A DNA stretch of 62,455 bases from Coriobacteriales bacterium (GTDB lineage: Bacteria > Actinomycetota > Coriobacteriia > Coriobacteriales > QAMH01), in contig JBJEHN010000097.1 of the NCBI GenBank assembly GCA_051876105.1, forward strand, positions 1 through 62,455, written 5' to 3'. How positions within the stretch are numbered: the stretch's first letter is position 1; each line of letters starts with the position of its first letter. This document shows positions 11,380 to 19,527 of this stretch, piece after piece. The notes beneath the pieces were generated by a model. That model saw only the letters and a list, made by a program, of their open reading frames with translations. It had not been told where the DNA came from and ran no database searches. Both the position numbers and the translations under genes were made by a program.

Positions 11380-11844
11380 ATGAGCAACGAGACCCCCCTG
11401 GTGGGCATCATCCTGGGCAGCAAGAGCGACCTGCCCGCGATGGACGGCTGCAAGGAGATGCTGGAGAAGTTCGGCGTGCCCTACGAGCTGGTCGTCCACA
11501 GCGCCCACCGCAACCCCGAGCAGGTTGCAGCCTGGGCCAAGAGCGCCGAGGAGCGCGGCCTGAAGGTGATCATCGGCGCTGCGGGCAAGGCCGCCGCCCT
11601 GGCCGGCGTCGTAGCCGCCCACACCCCGCTGCCGGTGGTGGCCGTCCCTATGAAGACCAGCGACCTCGGCGGCATGGACTCCCTGCTCTCCACTGTGCAG
11701 ATGCCCACCGGCGTGCCCCTGGCCTGCGTGGCCATCAACGGCACCAAGAACGCTGCCATCCTAGCGACCCAGATCCTCTCGGTGGGCATGCCCGAGTACC
11801 GCGAGGTCATCCGTGCGTACAAGCAGGAGCTTGCAGAGGCGTAA
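11380..11844 (+). CDS. purE: N5-CAIR mutase / AIR carboxylase
   Basis: GIILGSKSD, SAHRNP, AGKAAALAG, GMDSLLSTVQMP.GVP. Confidence 0.96.
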   Translation: MSNETPLVGIILGSKSDLPAMDGCKEMLEKFGVPYELVVHSAHRNPEQVAAWAKSAEERGLKVIIGAAGKAAALAGVVAAHTPLPVVAVPMKTSDLGGMDSLLSTVQMPTGVPLACVAINGTKNAAILATQILSVGMPEYREVIRAYKQELAEA

Positions 11845-11850
11845 GGACCC

Positions 11851-12231
11851 GTGCGGCTTTCCATCGAGCATATCGCCGTCGAGCGGGCGGGCATCGGCTT
11901 CGAGCTGCGCTGCGTGCCCGCTGGTGCCCGCGTGAGCCCTGCGCAAGCGCAGCGGGCGCTGGCCCTGCTGCCAAACCTGGGGCGCCACGTGTGCGTGAAC
12001 GAGAAGGGCGACTGCTTTGCCGACGAGATCACCGGCACCGAGCCCGCCCACCTCTTCGAGCACGTCGCCATCGAGCTCATGGCCCAGGCGCGCGGCAGCG
12101 GGGAGGGCCTCATGGGCCACACCTCGCATACCGGCGAGCCCGGCCTCATGGCGGTGAGGCTCACCTACGCGGACGACCTCGAGGCGCTGGCCTGCGCGCA
12201 GCGAGCGCTCGAGTTTGTGAACGGGCTCTAG
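11851..12231 (+). CDS. Stand-alone cyanophycin synthetase N-terminal-like domain protein
   Basis: LPNL..HVC-x18-HLFEHVAIEL resembles the CphA1 N-domain HxC-x19-HxxEH Zn motif; GTG start with TAAGGA RBS overlapping the purE stop. Confidence 0.7.
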   Translation: MRLSIEHIAVERAGIGFELRCVPAGARVSPAQAQRALALLPNLGRHVCVNEKGDCFADEITGTEPAHLFEHVAIELMAQARGSGEGLMGHTSHTGEPGLMAVRLTYADDLEALACAQRALEFVNGL

Positions 12232-12332
12232 CCGCAGCGCCCCCTCCCGCCAGGCACGCGCAAAACGCCCTGCAGCCTGCGCCTGGCCCCGCTACAATCG
12301 TGCCCATACCCAAGACCCAGCCAGGAGGCCCT

Positions 12333-13592
12333 ATGGCAGATTCCCGGATAAAGTTCGACCGCTACGTGGGGACGTACGCGCGCCGCCTGGATACCATGCG
12401 CGCCAGCGCCGTGCGCGACCTCTTCGCCGCGGCCAGCCGCAGCGACATCATCAGCCTCTCCGGCGGCATGCCGGACATCTCCGTCCTGCCCCTGGACCAG
12501 GTGGCCCAGGTTGCCGCTGCCGCGATCACCGAAGAGGGCCTCGCTGCCCTGCAGTACGGCAGCACGGACGGCAGGCTCGAGACCCGCCAGCTGGTGACCG
12601 AGCTCGTGCGCGACCATGGCATCGTGGGTGTCGACCCCGCAGACGTCATCATCACCACCGGCGCCCAGCAGGCGCTCGACATCATCCCCAAGACCTTCGT
12701 CGACCCCGGCGACGTGATCTTGGCGGAGGGCCCCACCTACTTGGGCGCGCTGCAGGCATTCTCTGCCTACCAGCCCCAGGTGCGCTGCATCCCCATGGAC
12801 GACGAGGGGCTGCGCATGGACCTGCTCGAGGAAGAGCTCAAGCGCCTGGCGGATCAGGGCGTGGCACCCAAGTTCCTCTACACCATCCCCAACTTCCAGA
12901 ACCCCACGGGCGTCACGATGAGCATGGCACGCAGGGAGCGGCTGGTGGAGCTGGCAGACGAGTACAACCTGCCCGTCGTCGAGGACAACCCCTACGGCCG
13001 CCTGCGCTTTGCCGGCGAGCCCCTGCCCGCCCTGCGCTCGCTGAGCGAGGACGTGATCTACTTGGGTACGGTGTCCAAGATCTTCGCGCCGGGCCTGCGC
13101 TGCGGCTGCATCATCGCGCCGCCGGGCGTGCTGGCAAAGATCAACCTGATCAAGCAGGGCACCGACCTCTGCGGCAGCGCCATGAACATGGTGATGGTGG
13201 AGCACTACTTCCGCGACACGGACTGGCGCGCCACCATGGACAAGATCGTGCCCGTCTACGGTCAGCGCCACCAGGCCATGATCGACGCCCTCGAGGAGTT
13301 CATGCCGCCTGAGGTCAGCTGGACCGAGCCGGAGGGCGGCCTGTTCCTGTGGATCACGGTGCCCAAGTGCATCGACACAGACCAGCTCATCAACGTCGCC
13401 CTGGAGCGCGGAGTGGTCTTCGCCCCGGGCAGCAGCTTCTACCCGGACGGCAGGGGGCACGACAGCTTCCGCGTGGCGTTTTGCTTTGAGAGCCCGGAGA
13501 ACCTGAGGGAGGCCGTGCGCAGGCTCGCGGAGGTTATCGAGGAACAGCTCGAGCTGTACCGCGCCTTCGTGCGCGCGGGCGTGTTGGACTAG
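12333..13592 (+). CDS. PLP-dependent class I/II aminotransferase (LysN/Aro8-like)
   Basis: ISLSGGMPD, LQYG, TTGAQQALD, YTIPNFQNPTG, EDNPY, GTVSKIFAPGLR; AGGAGG RBS and TACAAT -10 at 12293. Confidence 0.9.
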   Translation: MADSRIKFDRYVGTYARRLDTMRASAVRDLFAAASRSDIISLSGGMPDISVLPLDQVAQVAAAAITEEGLAALQYGSTDGRLETRQLVTELVRDHGIVGVDPADVIITTGAQQALDIIPKTFVDPGDVILAEGPTYLGALQAFSAYQPQVRCIPMDDEGLRMDLLEEELKRLADQGVAPKFLYTIPNFQNPTGVTMSMARRERLVELADEYNLPVVEDNPYGRLRFAGEPLPALRSLSEDVIYLGTVSKIFAPGLRCGCIIAPPGVLAKINLIKQGTDLCGSAMNMVMVEHYFRDTDWRATMDKIVPVYGQRHQAMIDALEEFMPPEVSWTEPEGGLFLWITVPKCIDTDQLINVALERGVVFAPGSSFYPDGRGHDSFRVAFCFESPENLREAVRRLAEVIEEQLELYRAFVRAGVLD

Positions 13593-13608
13593 ACAAGAGG
13601 AGGACGAG

Positions 13609-14604
13609 ATGCCTTACAAGGTTGCGGTGCTGATGGGCGGCAAGTCCCACGAGAGGGACTTCTCTCTGAGCAGCGGCAAGAACGTCTGCGCGGCGTTGGA
13701 GCGGGCGGGCCACGAGGTGCTGCCCCTCGACGTCACGGAGGACCTGGTCGACGTCCTGAGGGCCGAGCGCCCGCAGGTGTCCTACAACGCCCTGCACGGC
13801 AGGATCGGCGACGACGGCACCATCCAGGCGCTCATGGGCGTGCTGGGCATCCCCCTGGTGGGCTGCCCCACCTCTGTGTGCCGCCAGACCTGGAACAAGT
13901 CGACCCTGCACGCGGTGCTCGACGACTACTACGCCGGCCAGGAGGGTGCCGCCTGCGGCATCAACGGCGTGTGCCTGAGCCAAGACGCATTCAAGGACGC
14001 CGGCGCTGCCTGCGCGCTCGACCTGGTGGTTGACGCCATCCCCGGGGGCTTCCCCTTGGTGGTCAAGCCCGCCAAGGCCGGCAGCGCCATGGGCATGAGC
14101 AAGGTCGAGACGGTCACGGAGCTGGCCGAGGCGCTGCTCAAGGCCCTCACCTTCAGCGACGAGGTCCTGGTCCAGGAGTATGTGGAGGGCGTGCAGGTGG
14201 CAGTCTCTGTCTTGGGAGAGGCCGAGGGCTCCTACGCCCTGCCGCCGGTGGAGATCGTCCCCAAGCCAGGCCACATGTACGACACCGAGGCGCGCATCAA
14301 CGACGAGCTCGTCGACTTCTACGCGCCCGTGAGGCTCGAGAGCCTGAGCCCCGACGAGGCCCAGGCCCAAGCCATCCGCAGCGAGATAGAGCGCGCCGCC
14401 GTCGAGGTCTACCAGGCCTACGGCTGCCGCGACCTCGCCCGCGTCGACATCATCTGGGACGGCGCCCGCGCCAAGGTGCTCGAGATCGACGTCAGCCCCG
14501 GCATGGGGCCGCTGAGCGGCTTTCCCATGGCGTGCAAGGCGGCGGGCCTGAGCCTGGAGGCAGTGCTCAACGAGCTGCTCGACCAGGCAGTCTACCGAGG
14601 ATAG
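13609..14604 (+). CDS. D-alanine--D-alanine ligase family ATP-grasp protein (atypical active-site residues)
   Basis: GGKSHERDFSLSSG, ALHG..GDDG, VVKP...GS..G, ARVD, LEIDVSPG. Confidence 0.8.
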   Translation: MPYKVAVLMGGKSHERDFSLSSGKNVCAALERAGHEVLPLDVTEDLVDVLRAERPQVSYNALHGRIGDDGTIQALMGVLGIPLVGCPTSVCRQTWNKSTLHAVLDDYYAGQEGAACGINGVCLSQDAFKDAGAACALDLVVDAIPGGFPLVVKPAKAGSAMGMSKVETVTELAEALLKALTFSDEVLVQEYVEGVQVAVSVLGEAEGSYALPPVEIVPKPGHMYDTEARINDELVDFYAPVRLESLSPDEAQAQAIRSEIERAAVEVYQAYGCRDLARVDIIWDGARAKVLEIDVSPGMGPLSGFPMACKAAGLSLEAVLNELLDQAVYRG

Positions 14605-14612
14605 GAGCGCAG

Positions 14613-15038
14613 ATGTACGGATTGAGGACAGAGAGCTGCTTCGACGCCGCCCACTTCCTGAGCGACTACGACGGCAAGTGCGAGAACCTGCACGGCCACC
14701 GCTGGCGCGTGGTCGCCTACCTAGGTGTGCCGCAGCTGCAGAGCGAGGGCCAGAACAAGGACATGGTCATCGACTTCGCGGACTTCAAGCGCGCTCTGCG
14801 CGAGCTCACGGATGCATGGGACCACAGCTTCATCGTGGAGGAGGGCAGCCTCGCACCGCAGACCGTGGCGTGCCTGGAGGAGGAGAGCTTCCGCCTCTCG
14901 TTCGTGCCCTTCCGCACCACTGCGGAGAACTTCGCCCGCTACTTTGCGGAGCGCTTGGACGAGCAGGGGCTGCCCGTCTCCCAGGTGGATGTGTACGAGA
15001 CGCCCAACAACTGCGCCACCTACATGGTGGGGCGCTAG
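14613..15038 (+). CDS. queD: 6-carboxytetrahydropterin synthase
   Basis: FDAAH, CENLHGH, DF, DH, TAEN, VYETP motifs; queE follows. Confidence 0.92.
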   Translation: MYGLRTESCFDAAHFLSDYDGKCENLHGHRWRVVAYLGVPQLQSEGQNKDMVIDFADFKRALRELTDAWDHSFIVEEGSLAPQTVACLEEESFRLSFVPFRTTAENFARYFAERLDEQGLPVSQVDVYETPNNCATYMVGR

Positions 15039-15045
15039 GGGCGGC

Positions 15046-15744
15046 ATGGCAGGCACAGGCAGCGCGGGTGGGCTGATGCCCGTTGCGGAGCGCTTCGTGA
15101 GTGTCAACGGCGAGGGCCCGCGCGCGGGGAGCTTCTCTGCGTTCGTGCGCTTCCGCGGGTGCAACCTGGCGTGCTCGTACTGCGACACGCGCTGGGCATG
15201 CCAGCCCGGCTGCCCGGTCGAGGAGCTGGCCGTGGGCGAGCTGGCTGCATGGGTGCTCGCTCAGGGCACCCCCTGCGCGACCCTCACGGGCGGTGAGCCG
15301 CTTTTGCAGCCGCTGCTCCCCGAGCTGGTGGGCCGCCTGCTACAGGGTGGCCTGACCGTGGAGGTCGAGACCAACGGCGCGTGCAGTGTGCGCGAGCTGG
15401 CCGCCCTGAGGGGCGCGAGCCGCGGGACGCTGACGCTGACGCTGGACTGCAAGGCGCCTTCGAGCGGGATGGCCGGGCACATGCTCGAGTCAAACTACGC
15501 CCTGCTCGGCGCAGACGACTGCGTCAAGTTCGTGGTGGGCGGCGGCGAGGACCTCGAGGCCGCTGCGGCAACCATCGAGCGCTGCGGCCTCTTGGAGCGC
15601 TGCGCGGTGTATGTGAGCCCGGTGTTCGGGGTGATGGACCCGGCCGAGATCGTGGGCTTCTTGCAGCGGCGGGGCCTGATGCGCGCCCGCGTGCAGCTGC
15701 AGCTCCACAAGTTGATCTGGCCCGGCGTTGAGAAAGGTGTGTGA
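15046..15744 (+). CDS. queE: 7-carboxy-7-deazaguanine synthase (radical SAM)
   Basis: ERFVSVNGEG, FVRF.GCNLACSYCDT, TGGEPL, ETNG, QLHKLIW; alternative start 15076. Confidence 0.92.
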   Translation: MAGTGSAGGLMPVAERFVSVNGEGPRAGSFSAFVRFRGCNLACSYCDTRWACQPGCPVEELAVGELAAWVLAQGTPCATLTGGEPLLQPLLPELVGRLLQGGLTVEVETNGACSVRELAALRGASRGTLTLTLDCKAPSSGMAGHMLESNYALLGADDCVKFVVGGGEDLEAAAATIERCGLLERCAVYVSPVFGVMDPAEIVGFLQRRGLMRARVQLQLHKLIWPGVEKGV

Positions 15745-15747
15745 GCC

Positions 15748-16446
15748 ATGGGGCAGCAATCCGAAGGCAAGGCCCTGGTCCTGTGCAGCGGGGGAGTCGA
15801 CTCGACGACCTTGCTCGCCATGGCCGTCGAGCGCTTTGGGGCGGGCAACGTCTACGCCCTCTCCATCTCGTACGGCCAAAAGCACGCGCGCGAGATAGAG
15901 AGCGCCAAGGCCGTGGCCGCGCACTACGGCGTCGAGCAGCGCTTCTTGGACCTGAGCGCGATCTTTGCGGAGAGCGACTGCTCGCTGCTCGAGCACTCGG
16001 GCAGGGACGTCCCGCAGGAGAGCTACGCCGAGCAGCTCGAGGAGGCGGGCGGTGCCCCGGTGAGCACCTACGTCCCCTTCCGCAACGGGCTCTTCCTTGC
16101 GAGCGCGGCGAGCATGGCGCTGAGCCTGGGCTGCAGCGCGATGTACTACGGTGCCCACCACGACGACTGGGCGGGAAACGCCTACCCGGACTGCTCGCTG
16201 GAGTTCGTCCAGGCGTTCGCCAGCGCCGTCGAGCGGGGAACGGGCGGGCAGCTGCGCATGGAGGCCCCCTTCGTGATGTGGAACAAGGCGCAGATCGTGG
16301 CCCGCGGCCTGGAACTGGGCGTGCCCTACGAGCTCACCTGGAGCTGCTATGAGGGAGGGGAGAGGCCCTGCGGCGCCTGCGGCACCTGCAGGGACCGCAT
16401 CGCCGCCTTCGAGGCCAACGGCACGACCGACCCGCTGATGCGCTAG
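15748..16446 (+). CDS. queC: 7-cyano-7-deazaguanine synthase
   Basis: SGGVDST, YGQKH, TYVPFRNG, YPDC, TWSCY...CG.CGTC..R. Confidence 0.95.
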   Translation: MGQQSEGKALVLCSGGVDSTTLLAMAVERFGAGNVYALSISYGQKHAREIESAKAVAAHYGVEQRFLDLSAIFAESDCSLLEHSGRDVPQESYAEQLEEAGGAPVSTYVPFRNGLFLASAASMALSLGCSAMYYGAHHDDWAGNAYPDCSLEFVQAFASAVERGTGGQLRMEAPFVMWNKAQIVARGLELGVPYELTWSCYEGGERPCGACGTCRDRIAAFEANGTTDPLMR

Positions 16447-16501
16447 AGTTGCCGCGTGAGCCCGCACCGCGTGAGGCGCGGCGAGCGAGAGAGGAGACAC
16501 C

Positions 16502-16993
16502 ATGGAGCAGACGCGCGCAGGCGAGGGCCTGACCCTCTTGGGGCGCCAGGGCACCCGCTACCCCCAGGACTACGATCCCGGCGTGCTCGAGACCTTCGAG
16601 AACAAGCACCCTGGCAACGACTACTTCGTCAAGTTCAACTGCCCGGAGTTCACCAGCCTGTGCCCCATCACGGGCCAGCCGGACTTCGCCACCATCTACA
16701 TCTCGTACGTCCCGGACGTCCGCATGGTCGAGAGCAAGAGCCTCAAGCTCTATCTCTTCAGCTTCCGCAACCATGGGGACTTCCACGAGGACTGCGTGAA
16801 CAAGATCATGAAGGACCTCATCGCCCTGATGGACCCCAAGTACATCGAGGTCTGGGGCAAGTTCACGCCCCGCGGCGGCATCTCGATCGACCCCTACTGC
16901 AACTACGGCAGACCCGGCACGCGCTGGGAGGAGGTTGCCTGGACGCGCCTGGCAAACCACGACCTCTACCCCGAGAAGGTCGACAACCGCTGA
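16502..16993 (+). CDS. queF: PreQ1 synthase (type I, short QueF)
   Basis: [38 protein letters not shown]. Confidence 0.97.
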   Translation: MEQTRAGEGLTLLGRQGTRYPQDYDPGVLETFENKHPGNDYFVKFNCPEFTSLCPITGQPDFATIYISYVPDVRMVESKSLKLYLFSFRNHGDFHEDCVNKIMKDLIALMDPKYIEVWGKFTPRGGISIDPYCNYGRPGTRWEEVAWTRLANHDLYPEKVDNR

Positions 16994-17163
16994 GGCCCAC
17001 AGCGCGTGGGAGCCGCCCTTTAGCACGCGGTTAATCCGCGCGCTGCATTATTCTGGGCAATCAGGCGCGCTTTCCGATATAGTATGAAGGCTATTGTCTT
17101 CGAGGGTCCTCCCCAGAGGACGGGCCTCGACAGGGCCCAGCACGTCATACGTTAGGAGTACCA

Positions 17164-17760
17164 ATGTCCGCACCCTCCCTCGACTACGCCGAGGTTCTCG
17201 ATTACTTCATCGCCTCCGACATGGCCAAGTCCAAGAAGCTTGCAGCCAAGGCGTCCAAGCAGTTCGTCTCCGAGCTGGGGCTGGCCCCCCGCAACATGAC
17301 TGAGGAGCAGACCCAGGCATTCTTCCTCGAGTGGTTCCTCTTCGACTACGAGTACGAGCCCGGCATGACCCTTGCCCGCTCCTATGCGCAAAACCCCCCG
17401 GCCGGCGCCGACCCCGCCAAGGTGGCGGAGCTCAAGCAGGTCGTCGACACGCAGTTCTGCGCGATCTTCTGGGTCGAGGGCGTGGCCCCGCTGCTCAACA
17501 TCACCACCCTCGAGGAGGCGGAGAGCGGCGAGCGCTTTGCCGTGCACAGCCCCGCCCTGGCGCATTCGGTCGTCCCCGGCGCAAAGGGCGCCCTGGGCTG
17601 CCGCATCTGCCAGATCGACGGCGAGTGGTACCTGCCCGGCGAGCCCGTCTTCTACTTCCTGGTCGAGCCCACCCAGCAGCTCAAGGACAGCCTGCACCTC
17701 CCAGAGGCAAGCCGTCCCTCCTTCACCAGCCTCATTGCCCAGCACTTCGGCAGGGCCTAG
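17164..17760 (+). CDS. Hypothetical protein
   Basis: 198-aa ORF with AGGAG RBS, host-like GC3 usage, its own TATAGT -10 (17078) and a downstream terminator; FLEWFLFDY motif, no function recognised. Confidence 0.75.
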   Translation: MSAPSLDYAEVLDYFIASDMAKSKKLAAKASKQFVSELGLAPRNMTEEQTQAFFLEWFLFDYEYEPGMTLARSYAQNPPAGADPAKVAELKQVVDTQFCAIFWVEGVAPLLNITTLEEAESGERFAVHSPALAHSVVPGAKGALGCRICQIDGEWYLPGEPVFYFLVEPTQQLKDSLHLPEASRPSFTSLIAQHFGRA

Positions 17761-17788
17761 CCCCTGGTGCTGCCCCAAGCGAAGCCCG

Positions 17789-17816
17789 GCGGGTCCGCAT
17801 GAGCGGGCCCGCTTTT
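17789..17816 (+). terminator. Intrinsic terminator
   Basis: GCGGGTCCGC-atga-GCGGGCCCGC-TTTT. Confidence 0.75.
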
Positions 17817-17948
17817 CGTATGCGCAGGTGACAGCTCTGCAAGGCCTTTATGTCAGGCGGGTGTCGAGAACGTGGTTTTTCACCCTGCCACAGCCCTGAG
17901 ATGGTAGGCTGGGGTCATCAGGTTACACGCAACGGAAAGGTGACCGCC

Positions 17949-18437
17949 ATGGGCAAGTTCAGGTTCATTCTCGGTGCTGCGGCAGGTGCCGCGGCCGCCC
18001 TCCTCTTCGCTCCCCGCTCCGGCAAGGAGACCCGCCGCCTGCTCGCCGAGAAGGTCGAGGACGTTGCAGATGCAGCTCCCGAGCCCATCCGCTCTGTGGC
18101 AGAGCCGGTGATCGACGCAGCAGCCAGCGCGTACGGCAAGGCCTCTGCGCACGTCGAGCAGTCGCCCGCCGCAGACGACATCAAGGCAAAGATCGCCGAG
18201 GCCCGCGACGCCCTGGCCGAGCAGATCACGCGCAACCACGTGTCTGCCACCACCGTCGAGGCAGACGTGACGGACGTCCCTGTCGACGACTTGATCGAGG
18301 ATGCCGCCGAAGAGGCCGTCGAGGCTGCCGAGAGCGCGCTCGAGGATGCGCTCGAGGAAGCCCAGGAGGCCCTCGAGGAGCCCGAGGCCGCCCAGCCGGA
18401 GGAGCAGCCCGCACAGACCGTCAACTGGTACAAGTAG
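17949..18437 (+). CDS. YtxH domain-containing protein
   Basis: FILGAAAGAAAALLFAPRSGKETR is the YtxH signature; acidic Ala/Glu-rich tail; GAAAGGTGA RBS. Confidence 0.85.
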   Translation: MGKFRFILGAAAGAAAALLFAPRSGKETRRLLAEKVEDVADAAPEPIRSVAEPVIDAAASAYGKASAHVEQSPAADDIKAKIAEARDALAEQITRNHVSATTVEADVTDVPVDDLIEDAAEEAVEAAESALEDALEEAQEALEEPEAAQPEEQPAQTVNWYK

Positions 18438-18466
18438 CTCCGGCTGGCACCGCATACGGCAAGAGA

Positions 18467-18500
18467 GGCGGGGGCGCTTGCATGCAGGCGCCCCCGTTTT
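18467..18500 (+). terminator. Intrinsic terminator
   Basis: GC-rich hairpin followed by TTTT after the YtxH gene. Confidence 0.65.
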
Positions 18501-18531
18501 GATGGGGCAGCGCCCCTCACAGGGAGGACAG

Positions 18532-19527
18532 ATGCTCGAAACCAAGAATCTCCACAGGCTCAAGGTCTACGTGAGCACCAAGAAGGGCAAGGTCAGGAAG
18601 TACGGCAAGGTGCACTGCCTCGTCTTCCACCCCTCCAAGCCCAAGGCGGTCGGCCTCATGGTCAAGCGCCCAGACGCCGCCATGATGGTGCAGCGCAAGG
18701 ACCGCTTCGTCAGCTTGGACAAGGTCGGCTTCACAGAGGACGGCGACCTGCTCGTCGAGCTCGACGACCGCGAGGCATGGGACCGCGACGCCGCCAAGCG
18801 CCTGGGGGTCGACCTCGACCTCTGCATCATCTGGGACGGCATGCCCGTGCGCAACCTCGAGGGCCGCGATCTGGGCGTCATCTCCAATATCGTCATATGC
18901 GACGACCTGCGCATCTGCTCTGTCGACATCTCCTCCGGTGACGTCAACCGGCTCATCTTGGGCTCGGCCGACATCTCCATCGGCCAGCTGCGCGGCTACG
19001 ACCCGCAGCTGCAGGCCATCGTGGCTGACGTGCAGCCCGGCGAGGTCGAGGTCTCTGGCGGTGTGGCGGCCAAGGCCGGCGAGGCCTGGGCCAAGGGCAC
19101 CCACAAGGTGAGCCAGGGCCAGGAGGCCGTGAGCACCCGCGCGGCGGAGAACATCGAGGGCACCGCCTACGCCGCCGGCGAGGCCATAGGCTCGATCAAG
19201 GAGAAGGCAAGCGCCAAGGCAGAGGAGCTGCAGCTCAGGGAGAAGGGCTCGGAGCTGAGCTCCAAGGCGGGGGAGGCCATCAACAGCGGCGCCTACAAGC
19301 TGGGACAGGCCATCGGCTCGCTCAAGGCCAAGGCCGAAGACGACGGCCCCGCGTCCCAGGCGCCTGCTGCTGGGGACGCGTCTGCCGCGGCGAGTGCGCC
19401 CAAGCCCGCCGCCCAGGAGGAGGACTCCATTGCCGACTCCGCCGCCCGCGCCTTGGGCAGCCAGCTGCGCAAGACAAAGGGCATGTTCAGCGCCTTCAAA
19501 GAAGAATTCGACAAGGCCTCCAGGTAA
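18532..19527 (+). CDS. PRC-barrel domain protein with Ala/Lys-rich helical tail
   Basis: Two PRC-barrel-like segments (YGKVHCLVFHP...; GMPVRNLEGRDLGVISNI); GGGAGG RBS; stop overlaps the rnr start (TAATG). Confidence 0.65.
   Translation: MLETKNLHRLKVYVSTKKGKVRKYGKVHCLVFHPSKPKAVGLMVKRPDAAMMVQRKDRFVSLDKVGFTEDGDLLVELDDREAWDRDAAKRLGVDLDLCIIWDGMPVRNLEGRDLGVISNIVICDDLRICSVDISSGDVNRLILGSADISIGQLRGYDPQLQAIVADVQPGEVEVSGGVAAKAGEAWAKGTHKVSQGQEAVSTRAAENIEGTAYAAGEAIGSIKEKASAKAEELQLREKGSELSSKAGEAINSGAYKLGQAIGSLKAKAEDDGPASQAPAAGDASAAASAPKPAAQEEDSIADSAARALGSQLRKTKGMFSAFKEEFDKASR

Noticed and set aside
16447..16501. preQ1 riboswitch before queF
   Set aside because: GC-rich hairpin and short direct repeat only; lacks class I or II preQ1 conserved sequences
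14613..16993. 7-deazaguanine DNA-modification (dpd) defence island
   Set aside because: No DpdA/TGT-like gene, helicases or other dpd genes nearby; queF points to the tRNA queuosine route
17020..17046. CIRCE element (TTAGCACGC-N9-...)
   Set aside because: Right arm matches only 5 of 9; better explained as a simple hairpin after queF
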